Assembly: GCA_963775725.1 (NCBI GenBank)
Contig: CAVZKA010000002.1
Coordinates: 293,004-357,003, forward strand
Length of the DNA: 64,000 nt
DNA from: an uncultured Acidobacteriota bacterium
Lineage (GTDB): Bacteria > Acidobacteriota > Thermoanaerobaculia > UBA5066 > Gp7-AA6
Direction: 5' to 3'
This document shows positions 36,914 through 46,932 of this stretch, in pieces (the first letter of the stretch is position 1; each line of letters begins with the position of its first letter). Under the pieces are notes generated by a model. That model was not told where the DNA came from and did no database searches. It saw only the letters and a list, made by a program, of their open reading frames with translations. A program made the position numbers and the translations under genes.

Positions 36914-37614
36914 CGGGAACGGCGGCGCGGTTTCGGGGCAGGGGAGGCGCCGCGCGGGCCCGGCGTCGCCTTCCACCGGAACTGCTCGCCGCCCGGCTCG
37001 AGGCCCAGGGCGCGCGCCGCGCGGACGCACCAGGCGTCGAGGAAACGGTCGACGGAAGGGGCGTCGATGTAGAAGGCCGGCAGGGGCGGGGCGATGATCG
37101 CGCCGGCCGTCGCCGCGCGGCGCATGTTCTCGATGTGGATGAGCGAGTATGGCGATTCGCGGAAGGCGAGCAACAGGGTGCGCCGCTCCTTCAGGCATAC
37201 GTCGGCGGCGCGCTGCAGCAGGTCGCGCGAGGTACCGTTGGCGATCGACCCGAGGGTGCCCGCGCTGCACGGGACGACCGCCATCCCGGAAAAAGGGTAG
37301 GAGCCGGAGGCGATCGGCGCGCCGATGTCGGCGTTGGCGTGGATCGTGAGCCGCGGCGCCTCGGCGCGCGGCGCCTCGAGACGGGCCGCCCAGGTTTCCG
37401 AAGAAGTGATCGCGGCGGAGATCTCGCTGCGGGCCACCATGAGCGCCGCGTCCGACATCACGAGGTGCAGGCGCGCGAGGCCCTTCGACGCGAGGGCGAT
37501 TTCGACGAAGCGCCGGGCGAGCAGCGCTCCCGAGCCACCCGACACGCCGACGACGATCTCCCGGTCCGCCACGCGGCGAAGTGTATACGGCCCGGCCGAC
37601 AAGAAATTGGACAC
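36910..37614 (-). CDS. ubiX: Flavin prenyltransferase UbiX
   Basis: …IVVGVSGGSGALLA…MAVVPCSAGTLGSIANGTSRDLLQRAADVCLKERR… is the UbiX/Pad1 flavoprotein fold. The start may be the internal GTG (VADREIVVG). Confidence 0.8.
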   Translation of the reverse strand: MSNFLSAGPYTLRRVADREIVVGVSGGSGALLARRFVEIALASKGLARLHLVMSDAALMVARSEISAAITSSETWAARLEAPRAEAPRLTIHANADIGAPIASGSYPFSGMAVVPCSAGTLGSIANGTSRDLLQRAADVCLKERRTLLLAFRESPYSLIHIENMRRAATAGAIIAPPLPAFYIDAPSVDRFLDAWCVRAARALGLEPGGEQFRWKATPGPRGASPAPKPRRRSR

Positions 37615-37922
37615 CCGACAGGACGGATTGACACCGGCGCCGACGCAGCCGTGTCAGTGCTTTGGCGATCGCATCGCGTCGGCGGTGACGCCGTTTCTGT
37701 CACGCTCGCGCGGCGCGATCCTCCACCACGCTCGGCCTAAACGTCTCTGCGTTCTCCACTTGGGCTCCGGATCGCTCGCCGGCACGGTCTTCGCGATGGA
37801 TGCGACGCGAACGAAAGGAGGTGCCGATGGAGAACGCCTGATCGACAAAGACCCGATGAGGACACGTTTTCAAAGCACCGAATCGAACGCGATCGTCTTT
37901 TCGAAACCAGAAGGAGTTCTCG

Positions 37923-38333
37923 ATGCATCCGTCCAGGATTCGCGCCGCAAGCCTCGCCGTCTTCCTGTGTCTCGGTGCGGCCGCCCTTCTCTTCGCCGAG
38001 GGATCGGAGGAGAAGGCGGCTCCGAAGAAGGTCAACATCAATACCGCGACCGAGGTGGAGCTCGCCTACCTGCCCCGTCTCGGCGCCAAGGTCGCCGCCC
38101 GCGTCGTCGAACAGCGCAAGCAGAAGCCCTTCGCGCGGCCCGAGGACCTCATGGAGGTCAAGGGGATCGGCGAAAAGATGTTCCTGACGCTCAAGCCCTA
38201 CGTCACGGTGAGCGGCCCCACGACGCTCACCGCCAAGGTGCGTTCCTCCTCCTCGGTCTCCCGCCGCTCCTCCCCCCCGGCGGCACCGAAGGAGAAGCCC
38301 GCCTCCACCGTCCCGGTGGGCAAGGGACGGTGA
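37923..38333 (+). CDS. comEA: ComEA-like helix-hairpin-helix DNA-binding protein with signal peptide
   Basis: Signal peptide, then VNINTATEVELAYLPRLGAKVAARVVEQRKQKPFARPEDLMEVKGIGEKMF (HhH_3 tandem). Confidence 0.7.
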   Translation: MHPSRIRAASLAVFLCLGAAALLFAEGSEEKAAPKKVNINTATEVELAYLPRLGAKVAARVVEQRKQKPFARPEDLMEVKGIGEKMFLTLKPYVTVSGPTTLTAKVRSSSSVSRRSSPPAAPKEKPASTVPVGKGR

Positions 38334-38959
38334 TTTCCTCGCCCGCCCGGGGCCCCCAGGGCCCCGGGCCTCTCTGCTCCGAGAGCGGCGTCTCGCTCGT
38401 CGAGCTGCTCATCGGGATCACGGCCGTGGCGTGGATCCTGGCGCTCGCGACTCCGGGGGTGACGCGGCTGCGCCAGGAGGTGGTGCTGCGCTCGGCCGTT
38501 CACGAGACGAGCGTCGCCTTCTACCGGGCGCGCGCGTTGGCGATTTCCAGAAACCGCAACGTCGGCCTGAAGTTTCGAAAGAATGGCGACCGCTACGAGT
38601 GGGCGCTCTACGCCGACGGAAACGGCAACGGCGTGCGGACCGCCGAGATCGCAAGCGGCGTCGACAAGTCCCTCGGCATCTACTTCCCCTGGTCGCGCAA
38701 CGACGTACTGCCCGCGATCATGACCGGCACGCGGGTGCCCGATCCGGGAAGCGCCGGCCACTACCTCGATCGGATCGACGACCCGATCCGTTTCAACAAC
38801 TCGGACATCTGTTCGTTTTCGCCGGTGGGCGAGAGCACGCCGGGTTCCGTCTACCTCTGGGACGCGCACGACGGGATGGCCGTCCTGCGGGTCTTCGGCG
38901 GCACGGCGAAGGTGCGCAGCCTCTACTACCGGCGGGGAGAAAGAGGGTGGACTCCATGA
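38330..38959 (+). CDS. Type IV pilus/T2SS minor pseudopilin (GspH/FimT-like) with prepilin N-terminal methylation motif
   Basis: GTG overlaps the comEA stop (GTGA). The N-terminus …GVSLVELLIGITAVAWILALATPGVT is a prepilin-type cleavage/methylation site. Confidence 0.6.
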   Translation: MISSPARGPQGPGPLCSESGVSLVELLIGITAVAWILALATPGVTRLRQEVVLRSAVHETSVAFYRARALAISRNRNVGLKFRKNGDRYEWALYADGNGNGVRTAEIASGVDKSLGIYFPWSRNDVLPAIMTGTRVPDPGSAGHYLDRIDDPIRFNNSDICSFSPVGESTPGSVYLWDAHDGMAVLRVFGGTAKVRSLYYRRGERGWTP

Positions 38960-39951
38960 TCATTTCGATCGAGCCCGGAAAGCGGGAAGACGGCGGCGTC
39001 GCCGCCGGCGACATTCCAGAGAAGGGCTTTCTCGTGGTGGGCCCCGGCCCGTATGCGGCCGCGAGCCACGACGCAGTCCGTCAGGCGCGCGCCCGCGCCC
39101 ACTTCGACGCCGTCCCAGAGCGTGGACCGCAGGATCCGCGCTCCGGCCTCGACCCGGACGCGGCCGAGCACGCTGTCGGAGGCGTCGAAGCCGGACGGCG
39201 CCTCTCGGAAGAGGACACGCTGCCGGTCATCGAAGTGCCCGCCTCCCTTCGGAAAGGAGCGTCCGCGCTCGAGCGCTTCGAGCGTCGCGCGCAGGAAATC
39301 GCCCGGGCGGCCGAGATCGGCGTTCGGGCCCTGATGCAGGACGAAGCCAAGTTCTTCCCGCCCCTCGTCGAGCAGCGGCTGCCAGAGATGCGCGACGAGA
39401 GCCGTCTGCCCGGGGGGGATGCGCGCGAGCAGCCGGGGCGCGAGGACGCACACTCCGGTATACAGCAGCGGCCGTGGGCCGCGGACGCCGAATGCCGTGA
39501 TGCGATCCCCTTCGGCCTGAAGCGGCGTGTATATCTCCGGGTTCCGATTTTCCGCGACGAGGAGCGTCGCAGCGCGCCCCGAATCCCGGTGACGGGCGAT
39601 CAACGTCTCGAAATCGGGCTCGACCGCGGCGTCGGAATTGACGACGAGAAAATCGCCGCCCGCCAGGAACTCTCCGGCATTGCGCAGCGCGCCGGCGGTG
39701 CCGAGGATCGTCGGCTCCTGGAAAAACGCGAGTTGCGGCAGGTGCGACGGTTCCTCGCGCAGCTGGCGCTCGATCTCGTCGCCCAGGTGATGGAGATTAA
39801 CCGCTACTTCGCAGACGCCGGCCTCGCCAAGCCGCCGCAGATGTGCGACCGAGAGGGGGACGTTGAGAAACGGTAGGAGCGGCTTGGGAATCGCCTCGGT
39901 GACCGGGCGAAAACGCATCCCCTTTCCCGCGCACAGAAGGATCGCCCTCAC
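38926..39951 (-). CDS. Sugar-phosphate nucleotidyltransferase (NTP_transferase + C-terminal LbH-like domain)
   Basis: MRAILLCAGKGMRFRPVTEAIPKPLLPF… is the glycosyl-1-phosphate nucleotidylyltransferase signature. Confidence 0.65.
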   Translation of the reverse strand: MRAILLCAGKGMRFRPVTEAIPKPLLPFLNVPLSVAHLRRLGEAGVCEVAVNLHHLGDEIERQLREEPSHLPQLAFFQEPTILGTAGALRNAGEFLAGGDFLVVNSDAAVEPDFETLIARHRDSGRAATLLVAENRNPEIYTPLQAEGDRITAFGVRGPRPLLYTGVCVLAPRLLARIPPGQTALVAHLWQPLLDEGREELGFVLHQGPNADLGRPGDFLRATLEALERGRSFPKGGGHFDDRQRVLFREAPSGFDASDSVLGRVRVEAGARILRSTLWDGVEVGAGARLTDCVVARGRIRAGAHHEKALLWNVAGGDAAVFPLSGLDRNDHGVHPLSPRR

Positions 39952-39991
39952 GGCGCTCCGGTCCGCGATCGGCCGCCGGCCGCCAAAGGCC

Positions 39992-40549
39992 TCACGCCTT
40001 CCAGACCATGTCCGGCGGAAGCTCCGGCTTCTCCTTGCGCCGCCGCACGTAGAGCTCGGCGTAGGAGTACGGAATCGCGTCGCTCGGGTCGAGCGCGAGC
40101 CGAACGATCAGCTTGCGGATTCCGATCGGCGCGCCCTCGATTTCGACGAACGTTCCGATGGGCGTTTCGTCGAGCGCGACGACGCAGCCGGCGCAGTCCC
40201 ACTCCTCCCGCCGCTTCTCGTAGCGAAAGCGCCGCTCGAGCCCGAGGCCCCCGAGGATCGCCTCGGCCTCGACCGGGTCCGAGACCTCGACCTCCCGCTC
40301 CTCGCGCGTTTTGACGCCGTCCTGGAAGCGCGCTGTTCCCTTGTACGTGAGGATCGAGCGGCCGGCAGCGCGGCGCAGGCGAATGGTGCGTCCGCTGCCC
40401 GACAGTGTTCGCGCCGCGTCGTCGTAGAGATCGTTCGTCTCGTCGTGGAGCGGGGCATGGAGCGTGGCGCCCGCCTCGCGGAGCCGTTCGCGCACGGCTC
40501 CGAGGTCTGGCGCGGGGATTTTGACCTCGATCTCCTCGCGGACGCTCAT
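39992..40549 (-). CDS. CYTH-domain (triphosphate tunnel metalloenzyme) protein
   Basis: EIEVKIPAPDL…RLRRAAGRSILTYKG…EVEVSDPVEAEAIL… is the CYTH/class IV adenylate-cyclase fold pattern. Confidence 0.7.
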   Translation of the reverse strand: MSVREEIEVKIPAPDLGAVRERLREAGATLHAPLHDETNDLYDDAARTLSGSGRTIRLRRAAGRSILTYKGTARFQDGVKTREEREVEVSDPVEAEAILGGLGLERRFRYEKRREEWDCAGCVVALDETPIGTFVEIEGAPIGIRKLIVRLALDPSDAIPYSYAELYVRRRKEKPELPPDMVWKA

Positions 40550-40562
40550 GCCCGGCGCACCG

Positions 40563-41000
40563 TCACGGAAGCAGCGAGCGCGCGATCTCCTGGGCCCGCT
40601 TTCCGTCCACGCGGCCGCGCTGGCGCGCCATGAGCTCCTTCATCGCGAGACCGACGTCCTTCTGGGCGGTGAGCCCCTTCTCGGCGATCACGGCGCGCAG
40701 GGTGGCCTCGATCTCGGCGTCGGTGAGGCCCCGGGGGAGGTATCCCTCGAGGATGGCCAGCTCCTCGGTCTCGGCGTCGACGAGGTCCTGGCGCCCGCCC
40801 TTGGCATACTGCTCGATCGAGTCCTTGCGCTGCTTGACGGCGCGGCGCAGGACGGACTCGACCTCCTCGTCGGTGAGCTCGCGCTGCGCCTGGATCTTCT
40901 CGTTCTTCAGGCCCGCGAGCAGCAGCCGCAGCGTCGCGACTCGACGCTTGTCGCCCGACTTCATGGCGGTCTTCAGGTCCGCTTCCAGCCGCGCGAGCAT
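40563..41000 (-). CDS. GatB/YqeY domain protein
   Basis: MLARLEADLKTAMKSGDKRRVATLRLLLAGLKNEKIQ…AILEGYLP… is the canonical YqeY pattern. The longer ORF upstream is junk. Confidence 0.75.
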   Translation of the reverse strand: MLARLEADLKTAMKSGDKRRVATLRLLLAGLKNEKIQAQRELTDEEVESVLRRAVKQRKDSIEQYAKGGRQDLVDAETEELAILEGYLPRGLTDAEIEATLRAVIAEKGLTAQKDVGLAMKELMARQRGRVDGKRAQEIARSLLP

Positions 41001-41093
41001 GGGGGGAGCGTATCCCACCGATCGGGAAGCGTAAAACCTGAAACGCCGAGCCGGAAACGCGAAGGCGGCCCCGTTTTGCCGTACGCTCCGGCC

Positions 41094-42989
41094 GTGAAGC
41101 GCTTCCTGATCGGCACGGCGGGGCACATCGACCACGGGAAGACGGCTCTCGTCAAGGCGTTGACGGGGATCGACGCCGACCGGCTGCCCGAGGAGAAGCG
41201 CCGCGGCATCACGATCGACCTCGGCTTCGCGCACGCCGAGTGGGAAGGGGCGCGGATGTCGTTCGTCGACGTCCCGGGCCACGAACGATTCGTCCGCAAC
41301 ATGCTCGCGGGCGCAGGCGGGATCGAGGCGGTGCTGCTGGTCGTCGCGGCCGACGAGTCCGTCATGCCGCAGACCCGCGAGCATTTCGAGATCGTTCGGA
41401 TGCTCGGATTGACGCGCGGGTTGGTCGCGGTCACGAAGAGCGATCGCGTGTCCGCCGAGCTCGTCGCGGTGACCGTTTCGGACGTGCGGGAGCTTTTGCA
41501 GGGATCCCCGCTGGCGTCGGCGCCCGTCCTCCCGGTCTCATCGGTGACCGGCGAGGGGCTCGACGAACTGAAGTCGGCGCTGCTCGCGCTCGCGCGCGAA
41601 TCGGCGGCCGAGGAGCGTGAGGCGCGGGTCGCGCGTCTGCCGATCGACCGTGCCTTCCTCGTGCCCGGCTTCGGGCCGGTCGTCACGGGCAGCCTCGTGT
41701 CCGGGGCGATCACCCGCGACCAGAAGCTGGAGCTGCTGCCCGGGCGGCGCCCCGTACGCGTGCGCCGGCTGGAGGTGCACGGGCGCGAGGAGCAGGTGGC
41801 GCGGGCGGGAGAGCGCGTGAGCGCGAATCTCGCCGGCGTCGAGCTCGAGGATCTGCACCGCGGGATGGTGCTGGCGCGGCCGGGCGCTCTCCCGGTCTCG
41901 GCGCGCCTGCTCGTCCGCCTCGAGTTGCTTCGGGGGGCGGCGCCCCTGAAGAGCGGGGCGCGCGTCGCCTTCCACCATTTCGCCAGCGAAGCGCGCGCCG
42001 GCGTGCGGGTTCTCGGGAGCGGATCCATCGCTCCGGGAGAGTCCGCGCTCGTCGAGCTCCGGCTCTCGAAGGAGGTGGCGGCCATTCCGGGCGACCGCTT
42101 CGTCGTGCGGCGACTCTCCCCGGTCGAAACGATCGGCGGCGGCGTCGTGCTCGATCCGCAGCCCCCGGCGCAGCGGGGAAGGCTCACGAGCGAAGCGCTC
42201 CGGGCCCTGGCGCCGCTCGAGGCGCCGGATCTCGCCGCGCGGCTGGCGCTGTGGGTCGAGCAGGCCCGGGATCGCGGCGTCTCGGAAGACGACCTGGCGC
42301 GACGCGCCGGCGTCGACGCCACGGCCGTGCGCGAGGCGCTCGCGCCGTCGCTCGCCGGAGGGCGCATCCATGCCCTGCGCCGCGCGCCGGACCGCTACCT
42401 GGGCGAGGCCGCGCTCGCCACGATCGCGAAGCGGGCAGGGAGGCTTTTGGCGGCGCTCATCGCCGCCTCCGGTGCCGGAGTGGGTGCTTCGCGCGGCACG
42501 TTTCTGCAGCGCCTGCTGCCCGGAGCCGAGCCCCGCTGGGCCGAGGCGATCGAAACGGCCCTCGTCGCGCGGGGCGTCGTGGCCGTCGCGGGCGAGGAGG
42601 CCCGCATTCCCGGCAAGAGCGACATGGCCGGCCCGGAACGCGAGCTCTCGGACCGGATCGTCGAGCTGTTTCGGCAGGGAGGCCTGAACCCGCCGTCTCC
42701 CATGGACGTGGCCAAGGCGATCACCCGCCACGCCAAGGTGGTCGAGGGCCTCATCGGCCATCTCGTCAAGAAAGGGGAGCTCTCGCGTCTTCCGGGCGGG
42801 TGGATCGTCGCGAGGGCGGCGGTCGATGACGTCGTCGCGCGGCTGCGCGCCTCGGGCAAGCGATCGTTCGACGTCGGCGAGTTCAAGGAGATGTTCGGCC
42901 TGACCCGGCGTCTCGCGATCCCGCTGCTCGAGTACCTCGACGGCGCGAAGGTGACGCGGCGCGTCGGCGACCGCCGGGAAGTGGTCTAG
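41094..42989 (+). CDS. selB: Selenocysteine-specific elongation factor SelB
   Basis: GTG start; G-domain GTAGHIDHGKT…DVPGHERF…, then winged-helix C-terminal domains (…KVVEGLIGHLVKKGELSRL…). No selA, selD or fdh nearby. Confidence 0.85.
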   Translation: MKRFLIGTAGHIDHGKTALVKALTGIDADRLPEEKRRGITIDLGFAHAEWEGARMSFVDVPGHERFVRNMLAGAGGIEAVLLVVAADESVMPQTREHFEIVRMLGLTRGLVAVTKSDRVSAELVAVTVSDVRELLQGSPLASAPVLPVSSVTGEGLDELKSALLALARESAAEEREARVARLPIDRAFLVPGFGPVVTGSLVSGAITRDQKLELLPGRRPVRVRRLEVHGREEQVARAGERVSANLAGVELEDLHRGMVLARPGALPVSARLLVRLELLRGAAPLKSGARVAFHHFASEARAGVRVLGSGSIAPGESALVELRLSKEVAAIPGDRFVVRRLSPVETIGGGVVLDPQPPAQRGRLTSEALRALAPLEAPDLAARLALWVEQARDRGVSEDDLARRAGVDATAVREALAPSLAGGRIHALRRAPDRYLGEAALATIAKRAGRLLAALIAASGAGVGASRGTFLQRLLPGAEPRWAEAIETALVARGVVAVAGEEARIPGKSDMAGPERELSDRIVELFRQGGLNPPSPMDVAKAITRHAKVVEGLIGHLVKKGELSRLPGGWIVARAAVDDVVARLRASGKRSFDVGEFKEMFGLTRRLAIPLLEYLDGAKVTRRVGDRREVV

Positions 42990-43957
42990 CTGCCGCTGCC
43001 GATCGTCTTCTTGAGCGCGACGATCTGCTTGATGTCGTCGGAGTAGGAAACCTGGCCTCCGAGCGTGAGCTCGTTCCAGGAATCCACGGGAACGCCGCCG
43101 GACTGCGCCGGGCGGATCACCCACGCGCTCATCGAGCGCCGGAAGTAGGGGAGCAGCACCGGGTCGCTGACATCGAGAGGGATGGCTTTCACGATCTTCC
43201 CGGTCTTGTCGACCTTCACCCAGTACTTCACGGTGAACGGTCCCTTGTAGGAATCGGCCGACCACGGCGTCTTCTGCGGAATCGGCGTCGTGTCGACCTG
43301 GTCGATCGGGATGGATCCGTCGGCCGGCGGCGCGACCTTTCGGCTCTCGAGCCACTCGGCGTCGGACAGCCACTCGAACGGTTTCGGCAGTGGCGCGTTC
43401 GGCGCAACGGGCGTGAACGCCATCTGCGCGATCTTGGGAGAGCGGATCGAAACCTCGAGATCGACGCGGTAGGCGCCCCAGGTGTCGACGGGCTGGCCGC
43501 CGCGGCGCCCGGGCGTGAAGACCCAGCGCGAGAACGATTTGAGCGAGTCGGCGGCGAGCGACGGAATCGGATCGCGCTCGCGCCGCACGGAGAGCGGCTT
43601 GCCGGTCGGATCGACGTGGACGGACACGAAGAATCCGGCAGAGAGGGTCGCATCGGAGAAGGTGAGCTTGGGCGGGATGGCCGCGGGCGCCTCGGCGTTC
43701 GTTCCGTAGGGGTTGTCCGCGGACAGCTTTTCCACCGCGATCGAAGGCGTCTCCCGGATCCGCAGGACGGTCGGCGCGATCGGCGTCGGCAGAGCAAGGT
43801 CGAGCATGTCGGGCGTCGGAGTGGCGGCAGGCGCGGGGGCCGTCTCGGCGGGCGGCACCGGAGTGGGAGTCGGGGCCGGATCCTGGCCCTTCGCGGCCGA
43901 ACCGAGGGCCACGGCCATCAGTGCCGCGAGCGGCAACGCCCGAGCTGTCAATCGCAT
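42986..43957 (-). CDS. Secreted hypothetical protein with two TonB-C-terminal-like repeats
   Basis: Signal peptide (MRLTARALPLAALMAVALGSAAKG), a Pro-rich linker, and two similar blocks (…FTPGRRGGQPVDTWGAYRVDLEV…; …IRPAQSGGVPVDSWNELTLGGQVSY). Confidence 0.5.
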   Translation of the reverse strand: MRLTARALPLAALMAVALGSAAKGQDPAPTPTPVPPAETAPAPAATPTPDMLDLALPTPIAPTVLRIRETPSIAVEKLSADNPYGTNAEAPAAIPPKLTFSDATLSAGFFVSVHVDPTGKPLSVRRERDPIPSLAADSLKSFSRWVFTPGRRGGQPVDTWGAYRVDLEVSIRSPKIAQMAFTPVAPNAPLPKPFEWLSDAEWLESRKVAPPADGSIPIDQVDTTPIPQKTPWSADSYKGPFTVKYWVKVDKTGKIVKAIPLDVSDPVLLPYFRRSMSAWVIRPAQSGGVPVDSWNELTLGGQVSYSDDIKQIVALKKTIGSGS

Positions 43958-43985
43958 GGAATTGGGGGAAGTATATCCAAGGGCG

Positions 43986-46592
43986 TCACTTGGCCTCCAG
44001 CCAGTTCTGGCCCGACCCCACGTCCACGGCCAGCTTCACCTTGAGCTGCGCCGCCCCCTCCATGACCTCCCGGACGAGCCGGGAGGCTTCCTCCACCTCC
44101 TGCGCCGGCGCTTCGAGGACGAGCTCGTCGTGGACCTGGAGGACCATCCGCGCGGCGAGGCCGGCCTTCGGCAGGGCGGCGTCGAGACGGATCATGGCGA
44201 TCTTGATGATGTCGGCGGCCGTTCCCTGGAACGGGGCGTTCAGCGCCATGCGCTCGGCGTTCGCGCGCACGGCGCCGTTGGAGGCGGCGATCTCGGGAAT
44301 CGGCCGCACGCGTCCGAACAGCGTCGCGACTTCCTTGTTCCTGCGCGCCTCGGCCACGACCCCGTCGAGGCAGCCGCGCACGCCGGGGAACTGCCCGAAG
44401 TAGGCATCGATGAACGTCTTCGCCTCCGCGTTCGAGACGCCGAGGTCCCTGGCGAGCGAGAAGGCGCCCATCCCGTAGAGCAGGCCGAAATTGATGCGTT
44501 TGGCCGCAAAGCGCATCTCGTTCGAAACGAGCTCGTGCGCGACGCCGAAGACCTTGGCCGCGGTGATGCGGTGGATGTCCTGCCCGTCGGCGAACGCCTT
44601 GATCAGGGCTGCGTCGCCCGAGATGTGCGCGAGGATGCGCAGCTCGATCTGCGAATAGTCGGCGACGACGAGACTTCGGCCCGGCGGCGCGACGAAGGCC
44701 CGCCGGATCTCGCGGCCCGCGGCCGTCCGGATCGGAATGTTCTGGAGGTTCGGGTCCGAGGAGGACAGGCGCCCCGTCGCGGCGACGGTCTGCCGGAAGG
44801 AGGAGTGCACGCGTCCGGCCGCGTCGGCGAGCGCCGGCAGGGCGTCGACGTAGGTGCCCTTCAACTTCGAGATCTCGCGGTACTCGAGCACCCGCTTGGG
44901 CAGCGAATGCCCTTGCGCCGCGAGCTCCGTCAGCACCTCGACACCCGTCGAGAACGACCTGGTCTTGGCCGTCTTCTTTCCGCTCTGCAGTCCGAGCTTC
45001 TCGAAGAGGATGGTCCCGAGCTGTACGGGGGAGTTGACGTTGAACTCCTCGCCCGCCTCCTCCCAGATCTTCTGCTCGAGCGCGCGCAGATCCTTCTCCA
45101 TGCGCCCGGACATCTCGTTCAAGAACGGCGCGTCGATCGCGATCCCGGCGAGCTCCATGCGCGCAAGGACGGGAGTGAGCGGCCGCTCGATCTCGCGGTA
45201 GACCTTCTCGAGCTCGGGCCGGGCGGCGAGCTCGGCCGTGAGCAGAGGCGCGAGGTCCGCGGCGCCCGAGGCGCGCTCGGCGAGCCACCGGTCGGCCGAC
45301 TCGATCGCGTCCTGCGCCGGCAGCACGCCGTTGACGACCCCGGCCTCCTTGTCGGGAGTCGCCTTGCGGCCGAGGCGCTGGAACACGAGCGGCTCGAAGT
45401 CGGAGCTGCCGACTCCGGGGGAGAGCACGTACTGGGCGAGGCCCACGTCGAAGAGTTCGCACGGAGCGCTCCGGCCGGCCTCCTCGAGGAGGCGGTCGAG
45501 GGGCTTGGCGTCCGGGATCGCGAGCTTCGCGCCCGAGCGTTCGAGGGCGGTCCAGCGCTCGCGGATCTCGGCGGAGGGCCCTTCCGCGATCGCGACGCTC
45601 GAGCCGGCGCCCGCGGCGAGCAGGGCCTGACCGTTGCGCGTCAGGAGCGCCACGCCCGCCCACTCTCCCGGCGCGACGTCGAAGGCCTTGCCCTTCTCGA
45701 GTCGGTTCGATGAGAGCGCCGCCGGCGCGACCTCGCCCTGGATCTCGGCCGCGAGCGAGTGGAACTCGAGCTCGACGAAGAGCTCCTTCAGCTTCTCGGG
45801 ATCGGGGGCGGAGCGCTTCAGGGCCTCGGTGTCGAACGGAATGGGCAGATCGGTCTTGATCGCGGCGAGGCGGCGCGAAAGCAGCGCGTCTTCCTTGTGC
45901 TCGCGCAGGCTTTCGCCGACCTTGCCCTTGACCTCCACGGCCCGCGCGAGCAGCTCGTCGAGGCTGCCGTATTCCTTGATCCACTTCTTTGCCGTGACCT
46001 CGCCGACGCGCGGCACGCCGGGGATGTTGTCGGAGGAGTCGCCCATGAGGGCCAGGACGTCGACGACCTGCCCGGGCGCGACGCCGAAGAACTCCTCGAC
46101 GCCCTTGTCGTCGAGAAACTTCTCCTTGCCCGTGTGGAAAACCCGCACGCGGGACCCCTCGACGAGCTGGAGCATGTCCTTGTCGGCCGTGACGATGACG
46201 ACGTCGAAATTGGCCGCGCGCGCCGCACGGGAGAGCGTGCCGATGACGTCGTCGGCCTCGTAGCCCGGCAGGGCGAGCACGGGGATCCGGTAGGCCTCGC
46301 ACGCCCGGCGGACCTCGGGAATCTGGGAGGCGAGGTCCTCGTCCATCGCGGGCCGGTTCGCCTTGTAGGCGTCGTATTCGTCGTGGCGGACGGTCTTGCC
46401 CGGCAGGTCGAAGGCCACCGCGAGGTACTCGCTCGGGTGCTCCCGGAGCATCTTCCTCAGCATCGTCACGAAGCCGTAGACGGCGTTGGTCGGCCGCCCG
46501 TCCTTGGTCGAGAGGCCGCGGATCGCGTGGTACGCCCGGTGGATGTTGGACATTGCATCCACGAGGTAGATGGTCGGGCGCGCTGCGGACAT
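43986..46592 (-). CDS. polA: DNA polymerase I
   Basis: 5'-3' exonuclease N-terminus (TIYLVDAMSNIHRAYHA), a 3'-5' exo-like domain, and polymerase motifs A/B/C (…DYSQIELRILAH…, …RRxAKxxNFGxxYG…, …QVHDELV…). Confidence 0.9.
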   Translation of the reverse strand: MSAARPTIYLVDAMSNIHRAYHAIRGLSTKDGRPTNAVYGFVTMLRKMLREHPSEYLAVAFDLPGKTVRHDEYDAYKANRPAMDEDLASQIPEVRRACEAYRIPVLALPGYEADDVIGTLSRAARAANFDVVIVTADKDMLQLVEGSRVRVFHTGKEKFLDDKGVEEFFGVAPGQVVDVLALMGDSSDNIPGVPRVGEVTAKKWIKEYGSLDELLARAVEVKGKVGESLREHKEDALLSRRLAAIKTDLPIPFDTEALKRSAPDPEKLKELFVELEFHSLAAEIQGEVAPAALSSNRLEKGKAFDVAPGEWAGVALLTRNGQALLAAGAGSSVAIAEGPSAEIRERWTALERSGAKLAIPDAKPLDRLLEEAGRSAPCELFDVGLAQYVLSPGVGSSDFEPLVFQRLGRKATPDKEAGVVNGVLPAQDAIESADRWLAERASGAADLAPLLTAELAARPELEKVYREIERPLTPVLARMELAGIAIDAPFLNEMSGRMEKDLRALEQKIWEEAGEEFNVNSPVQLGTILFEKLGLQSGKKTAKTRSFSTGVEVLTELAAQGHSLPKRVLEYREISKLKGTYVDALPALADAAGRVHSSFRQTVAATGRLSSSDPNLQNIPIRTAAGREIRRAFVAPPGRSLVVADYSQIELRILAHISGDAALIKAFADGQDIHRITAAKVFGVAHELVSNEMRFAAKRINFGLLYGMGAFSLARDLGVSNAEAKTFIDAYFGQFPGVRGCLDGVVAEARRNKEVATLFGRVRPIPEIAASNGAVRANAERMALNAPFQGTAADIIKIAMIRLDAALPKAGLAARMVLQVHDELVLEAPAQEVEEASRLVREVMEGAAQLKVKLAVDVGSGQNWLEAK

Positions 46593-46767
46593 GGAGCCGG
46601 ATTCTATGGCCCGTTGGAAAGGGGCGAGGGGGAGGCCCAAAACCATCGTTTGGCGCGGGTGCCGGCCATTTTCGAAGAATCGCGCCCGGTCGGGAGGTTC
46701 AGGGACGGAACGCGGAACCGGAATTCGCTCAGGCGGTTGCGCTCGAAATCATGGGGGGCAAAAAACA

Positions 46768-46800
46768 AATCGCGCGACCCGTTCCCGGAGTCGCGCGATT
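46768..46800 (-). terminator. Rho-independent terminator downstream of the hutI-cyclodeaminase operon
   Basis: An 11-bp perfect stem (aatcgcgcgac / gtcgcgcgatt) with an 11-nt loop. On the minus strand it is followed by TTGTTTTTTG. Confidence 0.55.
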
Positions 46801-46932
46801 CAATTTACGTAGTCTACGGAATTGCCTCGAATCTGTCAAGAGAAATCTTCGAAGCGCTGCGAACGTGTCACGACACGAGGTAACAGACTTTGTTTCAGTG
46901 GAATAGGCGCGCGCGTCGAGCGGCGGAAAAGG

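Noticed and set aside
37737-38041. Small ORFs in the ubiX/comEA divergent region.
   Set aside because: Junk composition. The region is better explained as a divergent promoter space.
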